From assembly GCA_963748015.1 (NCBI GenBank), contig CAVVHE010000005.1, forward strand, positions 1 to 64,000: DNA of 64,000 nt, given 5' to 3'. The translations under genes and the position numbers were made by a program. Below, one piece after another: positions 11,155 to 22,614 of this stretch. This DNA comes from Terriglobia bacterium. GTDB lineage: Bacteria; Acidobacteriota; Polarisedimenticolia; Polarisedimenticolales; JAIQFR01. Every line of letters starts with the position of its first letter. The first letter of the stretch is position 1. The notes below the pieces were generated by a model. That model did no database searches, was not told the DNA's origin, and worked only from the letters and a program-made list of their open reading frames with translations.

Positions 11155-13476
11155 GTGGAATTCAGAATCCCATTACGTGTTTCATTCTGGCTGCTGCTCT
11201 GCACGATGGGGGCAAATGCCTTTTCGGAGGACGCACGTTGGGATTTCCGCTTCGGTTATCCCGGTGCCAATGGCGCGGTGTTGTCGGCGACAGTGCATGA
11301 GGGGCACCTTTATGTCGCGGGCGGATTCAGTGCGATGGGCGGCTCGAATACGAGGTTCGTGGCCGGATGGACGGGGGAGGAGTGGCGCGGCTGGGACACC
11401 GGGTTGGAGTCAATCTCGGTTCCCAGTTCGTTTGGACACGCGATCGCAAGTTGGGGGGGCCAGCTTTTCCTTGGAGGCAGGTTCTACGCGATGGGTCCAA
11501 CCAACGCGTTGTTTCGTTGGGACGAAGCCCGGTGGGCATCGTTTGGAGGGCTGACCGGCGCGGTTTACACCGTGGTGGCTTCCGGCCACGGACTATATGT
11601 GGGGGGAGCGTTTGCTTTTCCCGACTCCAGTACGAATTACGGTGTCGCGCGGTGGGACGGTCTGCAGTGGGAAACCTTCAACAGCGCCATCACAGGAACG
11701 CCTGATCAGACTGGTAACTGGGGCGTGTACGATGTCGTTGTCAATGGCTCGGAAGTGATTCTGAGTGGACGCTTTTTCTCCCTGGCCGGGCAGGCCATCT
11801 CCAGTGGGGCGCGTTGGGACGGGAGTCAGTGGGTTTCGTTTCCGACGGGGGGAGGGGCGATTGCGCTTCACGATGGCGCCGTGCATGTCAGCCGATACCT
11901 CTATACCACCACCGGTCGCTACGGCCCGTGCGTGGGCCGCTGGGATGGCACCAATTGGTTGGTGCTGGGCGACACGTTCAGTCATCCGGCCGATGATCTG
12001 CTCTCCGATGGAACCCATCTTTACGCCTGTGGGGAGTTTACCAACTCCGGCGTAACGGCTCTGAGCCGCGTGGCTCAATGGGACGGGACGGACTGGCGGG
12101 ACATGGGGTTGCCTGATTGGGGGTTATTCGATGCCGACGGTCCCTTTCGACTGGCAATCGATCCCGACGGTGCTGTGCTGGGCTTGGGCATCTTCAGTTC
12201 CCTGGACGGGCGTGCGGCCGGAGGTGTTGCCCGATGGCAGAACGGCCAGTGGCACGCTGTGGTGCAGACGAACGTGCTGGGCACCTCAGAACCCGGGTTT
12301 GTTTACGCTCTGCTGGCCGAAGACCAAGCGGTCCTGGCTGGCGGCCGCTTCCAGTATGCAGGGCTCAGCAATGTGAACTCCGTTGCCGCACTCGCTAGCA
12401 GGTCGTGGAGCGGACTGGGGGAGGGATTGCCCAGTTCAAACAGCATCATTTTCTGCATGACTCGTCATCAAGGAGACCTCGTTGCAGGCGGGGTGTCTCT
12501 GGATGATACGGGAGGCTTGGCCACGAATCTGTTCCGGTGGAATGGGGGTTCCTGGAGTGCGGTTGCCGGCGGATTAAACGGAAAGGTCTACGCGGTGAAC
12601 TCGGATGGAACGAACCTGTTCGTTGGAGGCAACTTCACCCAACCCGGTGGCGTGCCGGCGAGTTATCTCGCGAGATGGGATGGGGTCCAGTGGAACGCGG
12701 TAGGCAGCGGCGTGGACGGCCCGGTTCGGGCGCTGGGCATGCAGGGGTCCACGCTCTTGGCAGGTGGGTCGTTCACCAACGCGGGAGGCGTTCTGGTCCG
12801 CGGCATCGCAGCGTGGGATGGGGTGGGATGGCAAGCGCTCGGAGGTGGTTTGTCGGGGCCGATGTGTGCGGCGATTCACGTTCGCGGCAACCGGGTTTAT
12901 GTGGGCGGAAGCTTTACGAATGCGGGGGGAATTCCCGCCGACAACATCGCGATGTGGAATGGTGCGGGGTGGTCGGCGTTGGGGGATGGGGTCACGGGAG
13001 GGACGGTGTATGCCATCGCGGCGCGAGACCATCGCGTCTATGTGGGGGGCAGTTTCACCCAAGCCGGCGGTCGGCCGGCGCTGGGATTGGCTTGTTGGGA
13101 TGGCGAGGAATGGTCGGCGCTGGGTTCGGGACTCGGTCTGCCACAGAGCAACCCTCGCGTTCTTGCGCTTGCCGTGGGGGAGGACTCGGTTTACGTGGGC
13201 GGTTTATTCTACACGGCGGGCAGTGCGGCGGCCGGCGGCATTGCGCGATGGGTGGACCAGCCGACGCTCCGGCTGACGGATGTAAACTGGTTGTCTGACG
13301 ATGAAACCGAGCTGACTTTCCGCGGGGTGGCTGGGTTGAAGTGCGAACTCCAGGGTGCGGCTTCGTTCGGTCAGTGGACCGGGCTGGTTTCCGCAACCGT
13401 CACGAAAGACCCGCTGCTGGTCAGGCAGCAAGGCGCCCCCTCCACACAGATGTTTCGCTTAAGACTGCTGCCCTGA
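11155..13476 (+). CDS. Secreted beta-propeller repeat protein (GGxF...ARWDGxxW repeats) with a short C-terminal domain
   Basis: About 13 repeats of xYVGGxFTxAGG...IAxWDGxxWxALG. Signal peptide from GTG 11155 (MEFRIPLRVSFWLLLCTMGANA); start uncertain. Confidence 0.85.
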   Translation: MEFRIPLRVSFWLLLCTMGANAFSEDARWDFRFGYPGANGAVLSATVHEGHLYVAGGFSAMGGSNTRFVAGWTGEEWRGWDTGLESISVPSSFGHAIASWGGQLFLGGRFYAMGPTNALFRWDEARWASFGGLTGAVYTVVASGHGLYVGGAFAFPDSSTNYGVARWDGLQWETFNSAITGTPDQTGNWGVYDVVVNGSEVILSGRFFSLAGQAISSGARWDGSQWVSFPTGGGAIALHDGAVHVSRYLYTTTGRYGPCVGRWDGTNWLVLGDTFSHPADDLLSDGTHLYACGEFTNSGVTALSRVAQWDGTDWRDMGLPDWGLFDADGPFRLAIDPDGAVLGLGIFSSLDGRAAGGVARWQNGQWHAVVQTNVLGTSEPGFVYALLAEDQAVLAGGRFQYAGLSNVNSVAALASRSWSGLGEGLPSSNSIIFCMTRHQGDLVAGGVSLDDTGGLATNLFRWNGGSWSAVAGGLNGKVYAVNSDGTNLFVGGNFTQPGGVPASYLARWDGVQWNAVGSGVDGPVRALGMQGSTLLAGGSFTNAGGVLVRGIAAWDGVGWQALGGGLSGPMCAAIHVRGNRVYVGGSFTNAGGIPADNIAMWNGAGWSALGDGVTGGTVYAIAARDHRVYVGGSFTQAGGRPALGLACWDGEEWSALGSGLGLPQSNPRVLALAVGEDSVYVGGLFYTAGSAAAGGIARWVDQPTLRLTDVNWLSDDETELTFRGVAGLKCELQGAASFGQWTGLVSATVTKDPLLVRQQGAPSTQMFRLRLLP

Positions 13477-13579
13477 GCCGCAAGCCGAGGGGAGCCTCCG
13501 GCCCGGTCGAGAAGGCGTCAGTCCCGACAATTTGCAGTTCCACGAAGGGTTCGCACCGAACCGCTTGTGGCAAATCGCA

Positions 13580-13891
13580 TCATGACGCAGCCCCGGCACG
13601 CCGTTCACAATGCGTCACCGCGATTTCGGTCCAAATGCCCACGTTTTGATTGGCCTTCTCGGCAAGTAGCCACTCTTTAAGTGCAGGCAAGTTGGCTGGA
13701 TCAGTGAGGGTCTCCCATGCCGCGGAAGTAGCCCGGTCGTCGCAATCCCAAGGGGCAATGCTTGAGACCGGCACGTTTCGTTTGGAGGAAAACGCATGCA
13801 CGGCACGTTGCAAGTTCAACCACAGGACAAGTATCGACTGTAATTCTTGGGCCATACCTTTGGCAAAAACCTCCTCTCGCAACCGTTGCAA
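13580..13891 (-). CDS. Hypothetical protein, possible orphan immunity remnant
   Basis: 103-aa ORF with TTG start in lower-GC DNA downstream of the orphan RHS copy. Confidence 0.35.
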   Translation of the reverse strand: MQRLREEVFAKGMAQELQSILVLWLNLQRAVHAFSSKRNVPVSSIAPWDCDDRATSAAWETLTDPANLPALKEWLLAEKANQNVGIWTEIAVTHCERRAGAAS

Positions 13892-14194
13892 AGCTGCGGA
13901 GATGTCGGGCTGCGTACAAAGCGATGTATCAGCTTCCGAACAAACCTCCGGACCTTACGACGACAGGGCGAGCGGGCGGGACGCGACTCTGCTTGCGATG
14001 CCAGTGTGGGCAGCCGTCCCGCAAACCACACATTGCGATCAGAGTGTGGCCAAAGACGCCCCGGACAGGAATGAAGAAATCAAACCGACTCATCCGGTCA
14101 CAGGGCTACGACCCGAGCGCGGTTATTCGGCCACAAAATACGATGGAAGCGTGGACAGAACCCCGAAAACCATACGACGCCACTTCGGCCGCTC

Positions 14195-16046
14195 TTACGA
14201 CGTCAGAAAAGTTCGTAACATGTAGCTAAACGTTTGGTTGGTCAGCCCAAGGCCCACCGAGGTTCGGTTGGTACGATTCCCGACCGCATCGTATTTGTAG
14301 CTGTTGGTGCCCACCGGGCTCGCACCAGCCAGCACTTCGTTGGTCAGGCGATACAGAGGGTCGTATTGCCAGGCGAACGTGCGGCTGTTGCCGCTGATCG
14401 TTTCACTCAGGTTCGTTCGGTTGCCGGCGGTGGCAAGTTTGTAGGCGAAACTGGCCAGCGTGCCGCTGGCGGAGACAACCGTGAGGTTGGTCAGACGGCT
14501 GAGTGCGTCGTAGGTCCAGGTGTTGGTGACGGCGTTGGGCAGGCGCAGGGTCTGGAGATTGCCCACCGCGTCGTAGCCATAGGAACACAGCCCGGAAGCC
14601 TGTGCCACCGTCGCCAACCGATTCAGTGAATCGAAGCTGTTGGTCAGGGCCACGCCGCCACTGGTCAATGACTTGATCGTGGCCAGGTTGCCGAAGTCGT
14701 CATAGGTGTAGGTGAGCGTGCCCTGCGGGGTGGCGTTGGTAAGCAACCGGTCGCGGGTGTCGTAGGTGTAGGTGTTGGTGCCGCTGGCGTCCACCATGCT
14801 GGCCCGCTGCCCGGTGGCGGTGTGGGTCCATTGCACCTGATACCCGCCCGCCGACGCGCGGTTGGTAAGGCGGTTGAGGCTGTCGTACTGGTTGGTGAGG
14901 ATCACACCGTTGAAGTTGGTCAGGCGCGTGAGGTTGCCTACAGCGTCGTAACCGAACCGCTGGCTTTCGCCGCCGGGCAGCACTTCTTGGGTTCTGCGGC
15001 CCAGCGAGTCGTACTCGAACTGGTTGGTGCGGTTGAGGGCGTCCACCAGATTCGTCTGATTGCCCACTTCGTCGTAGGCGTAACGGGTGACCATCTGGAC
15101 GGTCGTGCCGAACGCGTTGGTCACGCTGGTCAAGCGACCGAGTTGGTCAAAACCCAACCGGCTGACCACATCGGCTTGATTGGTCACGGCCACGCGCCGG
15201 TCCAGTCCGTCGTAGCCGTAGCGTTCGCTGGTGCCGTCGGGGTATATGACCTGCGTCTGCCGGTTCAGGGCGTCGAACCCCAAGGTGTTGGTGCGGCCCA
15301 AGGCATCCACGGTGTTGGTTTGGTTGCCATTGGCGTCATAGGCAAAGAGCGTCCAGGTCTCGTCCTCGGTGCCGTAGGCGTTGGTGACGGCAATGCGCCG
15401 GCCCGCCGCGTCGTAACCGTAGCGCGTGCGCAACGGGCTGACGCTGGGCGGGAGGGTGCCGCCCGGGTTGACGGGGTGTTGCACGGTTTCCAGCACCCGC
15501 CCAGCCGCATCATAAACCGTCTCGCTGGCGCTCTGGTCGGGGAAGGTGGTTTTGCTCCAGGCGACCCAGGGCGTCGTAGGCGTAGGCCGTCGAGCGTCCG
15601 GCGCGGTCCACGCTGTTGGTGCGCCGGCCTTCGGCGTCGTATTGAAACCACTCGAACAAGCCGTCGGCCTGCACGTTCGTAGCCAGCAGGCCGCGAGCGT
15701 CATACACGAACAGGTTGGTCCGGTTCAGCTTGTCCACCGTATGATCCACCTTGCCGATGGCGTTGTAAGTGGTGTGGTTGGTCAGTCCGTCGGGCTCGAT
15801 GGCGCGCACGACACGGTTCTGCGCGTCATGCTCCCAGGTCGTGACAAGATTCTCAGAACCCCCGCCCGGCAATGTGCGGGAGCGGGTTTCGGTCAACCGA
15901 TTGCCGTTGTCGTAGGTGTGGGTGGTGAAATGGCCCAGGGCGTCGAACTGCCGGTAGAGGCGCCCGCTGGAATCGTATTCGTAACGCGCCGTCACCACGC
16001 CCCGCGCATCGGTGATGGCAGTGAGGTGATGCGGGTAGCTGGCCAT
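14195..16046 (-). pseudogene. Orphan, truncated RHS/YD-repeat module (paralogous copy of part of the main RHS gene)
   Basis: Closely similar to about 17580..19940 but lacking 525 nt in frame; frameshift near 15558; stops before the RHS core end. Confidence 0.85.
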
Positions 16047-16050
16047 GCGA

Positions 16051-16443
16051 TCACGAACGCGAGTAATAGAACCTGATTGCCGGGGATTTCCACATATAGT
16101 AGGCGACTGCAACTGGGATACACATCTGGATCGGAAGTCCGATGCACCACCCCCACCATGTGGTGATCAGACGCAGCCCCAAACCGACGAAAGTGACAAG
16201 CGGAATGAGCACCACGTACATCATGAGAAGCATCAACGACCCCCTCGAACGCACGAATGACATCATGAAAACAAAGGAACTCAGCACAATGAAAACACCG
16301 AACGTCATTCGTCCCGTTGAGGCCAACGACATGCTCATCAGCCAATACTTGCCAGTGAACACAATCACTGCGCAAATGCAAAGGCGGACACCCCAAACAA
16401 TTGCTGGGGCAGGCTGCTTACGATGGAGTAACTTGTGGTTCAT
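16051..16443 (-). CDS. Putative membrane immunity protein (about 4 TM)
   Basis: 130 aa, very hydrophobic, low GC; starts 3 nt after the RHS stop codon. Confidence 0.65.
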   Translation of the reverse strand: MNHKLLHRKQPAPAIVWGVRLCICAVIVFTGKYWLMSMSLASTGRMTFGVFIVLSSFVFMMSFVRSRGSLMLLMMYVVLIPLVTFVGLGLRLITTWWGWCIGLPIQMCIPVAVAYYMWKSPAIRFYYSRS

Positions 16444-16446
16444 AGC

Positions 16447-19400
16447 TCAAAGATTGCGTTTCAGCCAACGCCCGAACGCTTCTTGGCGATGCAGGAGCGC
16501 TCTCGCCAATACAACTCTCTTTTCCGGGGTTCCGGCTATACTGTCTTCTACTGGGGTTGGGTTGAATGAATCGGTTGATATCCTTGCGAACCATTCCTCA
16601 ATCGCAGTTGGATATCCCTCGATGTTCCAAGGAAAGGACTCAAATAGATTCGCTGCTTCTTGAAATGGGCCGCTACCTGGCAGAATAGTGCCCATCTGCC
16701 CTCCAACTCCCAAATGTTCGTCCTGGAATGTCCGCTCTCCTTCGCTGGCAATTATTCTCTGCAGCGCCGCGATCACATCATTGTTGTGCTGTAAGGCGAG
16801 TTGTCGGTTGCGGTCACCTAACCCAAAGTATTTCCGATAATTCACGGTGACCTGTGAAATCAACCCCACATCAACCGCGACCAGAATCACCGCTATGGCA
16901 ATCGCGGCGAGCGCTGATGGAAGAAACTCATGCCCGCTCGGGTCCATGCAGTTCACCGGATTATTCGCGCAATAGGTGTAGCGATGCAGGCTCGGGGGAT
17001 CGAAAATGCTCCCGGCATAGTTGTCCCGCGTCCAGAGCCGTCCGGTGCCGGGGTTCAGGTAGCGCGCGCGCAGATAGTAGAACCCGAGGTTCGCGTCGCG
17101 CTGCTCGCCCGCGAACAGGTAATCGGTCTGCGGGGCCGCGTTGGAGGCGATGAGCGTTCCGAAGGCGTCGTAAGTGAAGGCGTTGGCCACCGTGGCGTTC
17201 GTTGTGGTCAACAGTCGGATGCTCCCCAAGCCGTCGTAGCCGAAATACCACGTGTCACTCGTTGTGACGTCGCGCTGGCTGATGAGGTCCAGGCCGTAGG
17301 CATAGACTTTGGACAGCGTTCCGTTGACGTGCTCTTCCAACACTTGGGCGTAGCCCGTGAGATTCTGGCGGCACACCACGTACGTGTTGGTGGTTGTGCC
17401 CACGATCTTGCGCACCCGGTTGCCGTCGCCGTCATAGACGTACGTGATGCTGGTGCCGCCCACGATGGCATTGGTCAGGCGGTTCTCGGGATCGTAGCGG
17501 TAGGTGTTCCCTGAGGAGTTGGTCGTACTCCCGTTGGCATCATGCCCGTCGATGGTCAGCCGGTCGTTGACAGTGTAGGCGAAGGTCTGGTTGGTCAGCC
17601 CAAGGCCCACCGAGGTCCGATTGGTCCGGTTGCCCACTGCGTCGTATTTGTAGCTGTTGGTGCCCATGGGGCTCGCACCAGCCAGCACTTCGTTGGTGAG
17701 GCGGTAGAGCGGGTCGTAATCCCACGCGAACGTGCGGCTGTTGCCGCTGATCGTTTCACTCAGGTTCGTCCGGTTGCCGGCGGGGGCCAGCTTGTAGGCG
17801 AAGCTGGCGAGCGTGCCGCTGGCGGCGGTGACGGTGAGGTTGGTCAGACGGCTGAGTGCGTCGTAGGTCCAGGTGTTGGTGACGGCGTTGGGCAGGCGCA
17901 GGGTCTGGAGATTGCCCACCGCGTCGTAGCCATAGGAACACAGCCCGGAAGCCTGTGCCACCGTCGCCAACCGATTCAGTGAATCGAAGCTGTTGGTCAG
18001 GGCCACGCCGCCACTGGTCAATGACTTGATCGTGGCCAGGTTGCCGAAATCGTCGTAGCTGTAGGTGAGCGTCACGCTTTGGTTGGTACCGATGACGAAC
18101 CACTGGTTGGTGAGCAGCCGGTCGCGGTTGTCGTAGGCGTAGGTGTTGGTGCCGCTGGCGTCCACCATGTTGGTGCGCTGACCCACCGTGTTGTAGGCCC
18201 ATTGCACTTGATACCCGCCCGCCGAGGCACGGTTGGTAAGGCGGTTGAGGCTGTCGTACTGATTGGTGAGGATCACGCCGTTAAAGTTGGTTTGCCGCGT
18301 GAGGTTGCCTACGGCGTCGTAACCGAACCGCTGGCTTTCGCCGCCGGGCAGCACTTCCCGGGTTCTGCGGCCCAGCGAATCGGTACTCGAACTGGTTGGT
18401 CCGGTTCAGAGCGTCCACCAGATTCGTCTGGTTGCCCACTTCGTCGTAGGCGTAACGGGTGACCATCTGGACGGTCGTGCCGAACGCGTTGGTCACGCTG
18501 GTCAAGCGACCGAGTTGGTCAAAACCCAACCGGCTGACCACATCGGCTTGATTGGTCACGGCAACTCTGCGGTCCAGTCCGTCATAGCCGTAGCGTTCGC
18601 TGGTGCCGTCGGGGTATATGACCTGCGTCTGCCGGTTCAGGGCGTCGAAGACGAAGGTGTTGGTGCGGCCCAAGGCATCCACGGTGTTGGTTTGGTTGCC
18701 ATTGGCGTCATAGGCAAAGAGCGTCCAGGTCTCGTCCTCGGTGCCGTAGGCGTTGGTGACGGCCATGCGCCGGCCCGCCGCGTCGTAACCGTAGCGCGTG
18801 CGCAACGGGCTGACGCTGGGCGGGAGGGTGCCGCCCGGGTTGACGGGGTGTTGCACGGTTTCCAGCACCCGCCCGGCGGCGTCATAGACCGTCTCGCTGG
18901 CGCTCTGGTCGGGGAAGGTGGTTTTGCTCAGACGACCCAGGGCGTCGTAGGCGTAGGCCGTCGAGCGTCCAGCGCGGTCCACACTGTTCGTGCGCCGGCC
19001 TTCGGGATCGTATTGGAAGGACTCGAACAGGCCGTCAGCCTGCACATTGGTGGCCAGCAGACCGCGTGCGTCATACACGAACAGGTTGGTCCGGCCCAAC
19101 TTGTCAACCGTGTGATCCACCCTGCCGATGGGGTTGTAGGCGGTGTGGTTGGTCAGGCCGTCGGGTTCGATGGCGCGCACGACACGGTTCTGCGCGTCAT
19201 GCTCCCAGGTCGTGACAAGGTTCTCGAAACCGCCACCGGGCAGCGTGCGGGTGCGGGTTTCGGTCAGCCGGTTGCCGTTGTCGTCATAGGTGTAAGTGGT
19301 TTGGTTGCCCAGCGCGTCGGTGCGGGTCATCACCTGGCCGTAGCCGTAGTAATCGTAGTCGTAAACCATCCGGGTTTCCTCGGGCAGACCCAGCGCGTTG

Positions 19401-21909
19401 GTTTCGGCGGTGCGATTGCCCCAGTAGTCATAGCCATAGGCCGTGACCACGCCCAAGGCATTGGTGGTGAACAGGAGGTTGCCGTTGAGATCGTAGGCGT
19501 TGGTGGCGCCATGGCCGCGCGCGTCCACGCTTTCCAACACCTGGCCGAACTCGTTGTAGGTCGCGCTGGTGGCTTCGTTCAGGTCGTTGGTCACGCCCGT
19601 CAACTGGTCGAGGCTATCGTAGCCGTAGCTGGTGGTCTCGCCGGCGGGATTGGTTTCCTCGATGCGCCGTCCCCGTTCGTCATAGGCGTAACTCGTCACC
19701 CGGTTCTCGGCGTCCTGCACGCTGGCCAGCAGGCCGCCGTCGGTGAAGGTCTGCGTGGTGGACTGTCCGTTGCGGTCGGTGACCGTCTGCCGGTGGCCGG
19801 TGAGGTCGTAGGTGTAAGTGGTGAAGTAGCCTAGGGCGTCGAACTGCCGGTAAAGACGCCCGCTGGAATCGTATTCGTAACGCGCCGTCACCACGCCCCG
19901 CGCATCGGTGATGGCAGTGAGGTGATGCGGGTAGCTGGCGTTGGTGTAGGCGTAAGCCGTGTTCTCGTAGGTGCCCGCCCCCGCACAGTCCACCAACCGG
20001 GCGACGTTGGTCAGGTTGCCAGTGGTGTCATGGGCGTACTGGAGTACGGGCGGTCCGCTGGTGTTGATGCCGATGGGATCGTGGATTTCCGTCACACGGT
20101 TCTCGACGTCCCGCGCGAAGCTCACCTGCCTGCCGCTGGTGTGGCTGATACCGCTGTAACCGTAGTAGAGCGTGTTCCCGTTGCGGTCGGCTTTCCAGGC
20201 AAGGGTGCCGTCGTCGCTGAACCCGTAGCGCGTGCCGTCGGGCGCCACGAAGGTGAACAGCGTGAACGAAGGTTCCCACGGCGTAATGCCGGACAAGCCC
20301 TCGGTCGCTGACTCAATGGCACCGCTCCAACTGCCCCACAGCGCATCCTCGTTCATCATCCCGACGTCGCCCGGGGCGTTGAAGGAGACCAACTGGCCTG
20401 AACTGCCCAGCGGGTCAAACTCGAAGGTGATCCCCGACAGGTAAGTGACGGAGCTGGACCCGACGCACTGGCTGCCGCCGAGCATTTGGAACACGATGCG
20501 TGGACGAAAGAAGGTACCTGTTCTGAACGACTCAAGGACACGGTGACCACCGTGTCGTGATCGGGAATGATGCAATCGGAACCTCCGCTGCGCTGGGCCA
20601 AATACCCCGAACCCAGTGCTGCGGACTTCTCAATGCGAATCGACTCATAGTCCAATTGCCATTTGGTGCCAAACGCCCCTGCGTCGTGGCGTGTGTCATA
20701 GACGCGGTTGACCTCAATGGGCAAACCCGCCCCCGGCAGGCTCAGGTCCGCCTCGGCCAGCGTCACCTGACCCACATTCGTCGGCCACGCCACGCTGATG
20801 TTCACCGGATCGGAGGCCAGACTGAAGTTGTCGAGGTTTGTGCTCACGGCCACCGCACGCAGAACGTGATCCCCCTCGGGCACGTTTTTCCACTCCACGC
20901 TGAACGGCTCGCTCTCGTCCGTTCCAATCAACAGACTGCCCGCGTAGAACCACACCTGCGTCACCCCTCCGCCACCCGTCAATCCCGCCTCGGCTTGCAC
21001 CAGGAAGTTCGTCGGCACCGTGTAAGTGGAACCTTCCGAGGGCGCAGTGAGCACCACCGACAAGGTGGGGTTGACCCCGACGGTCACCTCGCTGCTGTTG
21101 GTGTATTGCCCATCGCTGGCCGAGAGCTTGAGCACGTAGATGCCATCGGCGCCGAAGGTCACGCCGCTGTTCGTCAGGCTGGCGTTGTCGAAGGTGACCG
21201 TGCCCGGTCCCGTCACCTGGCTCCAATTGGTGAACCGGGTGCCCCCACCCGTCAGCCCGTCATCCGTCACGAACCCTTGGAGCGTGGTGGACGACGCATA
21301 GATGACCTGCTGCGTGCCGGCGTTCACCACCGGCGGGCAGTTGATCGTGTAGCTGGCGCTGGCCACGTCACTGTCGGTAAACCCGCTCTTGAACGCCCCC
21401 GCCTTGAGCGTTACCGAACAGGCCAGACTTACGCTGCCGCCGTTGGCGATGTAGCTGTCCGTCGTGGTGGGCGTGGCGCCGTTGGTGGTGAAGAAGATCG
21501 CCGCGCCCTCGGTGGCGCAGGTGATGACGACATTGGTCGGCAGCGGGTAACTGCCGGCGCCCGGTGCGAGGACGGGCGTGGTGACGGTGAGCGTCTGGCC
21601 CGGCGGCTCGTGGCTGGCGCGGTAGAAGGACGAGGCATTGGTCGTGCGCGCCAGATCGAACACCGTCTGCCCCACCGAGCCCGTGGTGACCGGTGTCCAG
21701 GCCGTGTTGGTGGAAAGCAGCGGGGCGGCATAGACCGTCACCGCCACATTGGTGGGCGCGTCCGCCACCGTCACCCGCACCGTATTGCTGCCGGGAAAGG
21801 AAGGTTGCGTCAGATAGAAGGGCGTTTGGGCCAGAAGACAACCTGGCACCGCGAGATAGGCGGCAAAGTAACAGCAGAGAAGACGGCAGAACGGGCTCGG
21901 AGTTTTCAT
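16447..21909 (-). CDS. Secreted RHS-repeat polymorphic toxin (signal peptide, Ig/PKD-like domains, DUF6531-like, YD repeats, RHS core, variable tip); frameshifts near 20515 and 18382
   Basis: Three ORFs join into about 1820 aa. YD repeats; core motifs YLRARYLNPGTGR and NNPVNCMDPSG; GC drops after DPSG. Confidence 0.9.
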
Positions 21910-22320
21910 GATCGGCATGTGTTCGTGCGTTCCTTGCGTCTGCCGGAACCAGAAGGGGCGCTCACCCGCTCACCCCCTCTCGATGCACCGCGAAGCGCCT
22001 TTCCCGAGAATGCATCAGGCGGCGCCCGGTGGGGCGCGCGCCTGGCAGGGTCTCCGGGGAAAATTCGCGGTTTTCGCATGTGACCGTAGCCAGAGCTATG
22101 CAAATTGGATGTTAGTCTGGGCTTACATGATTTCGTTTCGGGACAACACGCACCTTCATACTCCCCCACATGAGAGCCGCAATCCTTTTCTGCTTGTTCG
22201 TTTCATGGAGGCCACAGAACGAAGTCAGAGGGTATGCTCCCCCTGCTGGCGCCAAAGGCCCGCACCTCGGACGGGTGAAACGTCTGACCGGAGTAGGACC
22301 TTGGCGTGCTGGCCACAGGT

Positions 22321-22533
22321 TTATTCCGTTGCGGATTCCAACCGCTCTCTAACGACCGGTGGCAGGCTGCGCACAATGAGGTCCACCGCTTCCTTGGGCG
22401 AGTCGGTGATGTACCCGAACCCGATTTTTTCCTGGGTGAACACGCCCGGCTTCATCATGAACTGGCCCCACGTCCGCAGCCCTTTCCAGAAGCGGGTGCC
22501 CATGAGGATGAGCGGGAACGGGCCGACCTTGCT
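22321..22533 (-). pseudogene. C-terminal fragment of a LOG/TIGR00730 family gene
   Basis: KVGPFPLILMGTRFWKGL...ITDSPKEAVDLI, immediately preceded by an in-frame stop. Confidence 0.65.
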
Positions 22534-22614
22534 TCAGTGTTGCTGCCACTGCCGGTCCCACGCGTCGCGGGGGGAAAGCCTGGCCGTCTTGTTGCCTGCC
22601 TTGGCAGTCATGAC

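Noticed and set aside
13650..14229. Plus-strand ORFs in the low-GC gap
   Set aside because: No motifs or coding-like composition; they overlap the more plausible minus-strand ORF.
14195..16046. Orphan RHS as a simple assembly duplication
   Set aside because: It has many synonymous differences, a distinct indel and a clean in-frame deletion.
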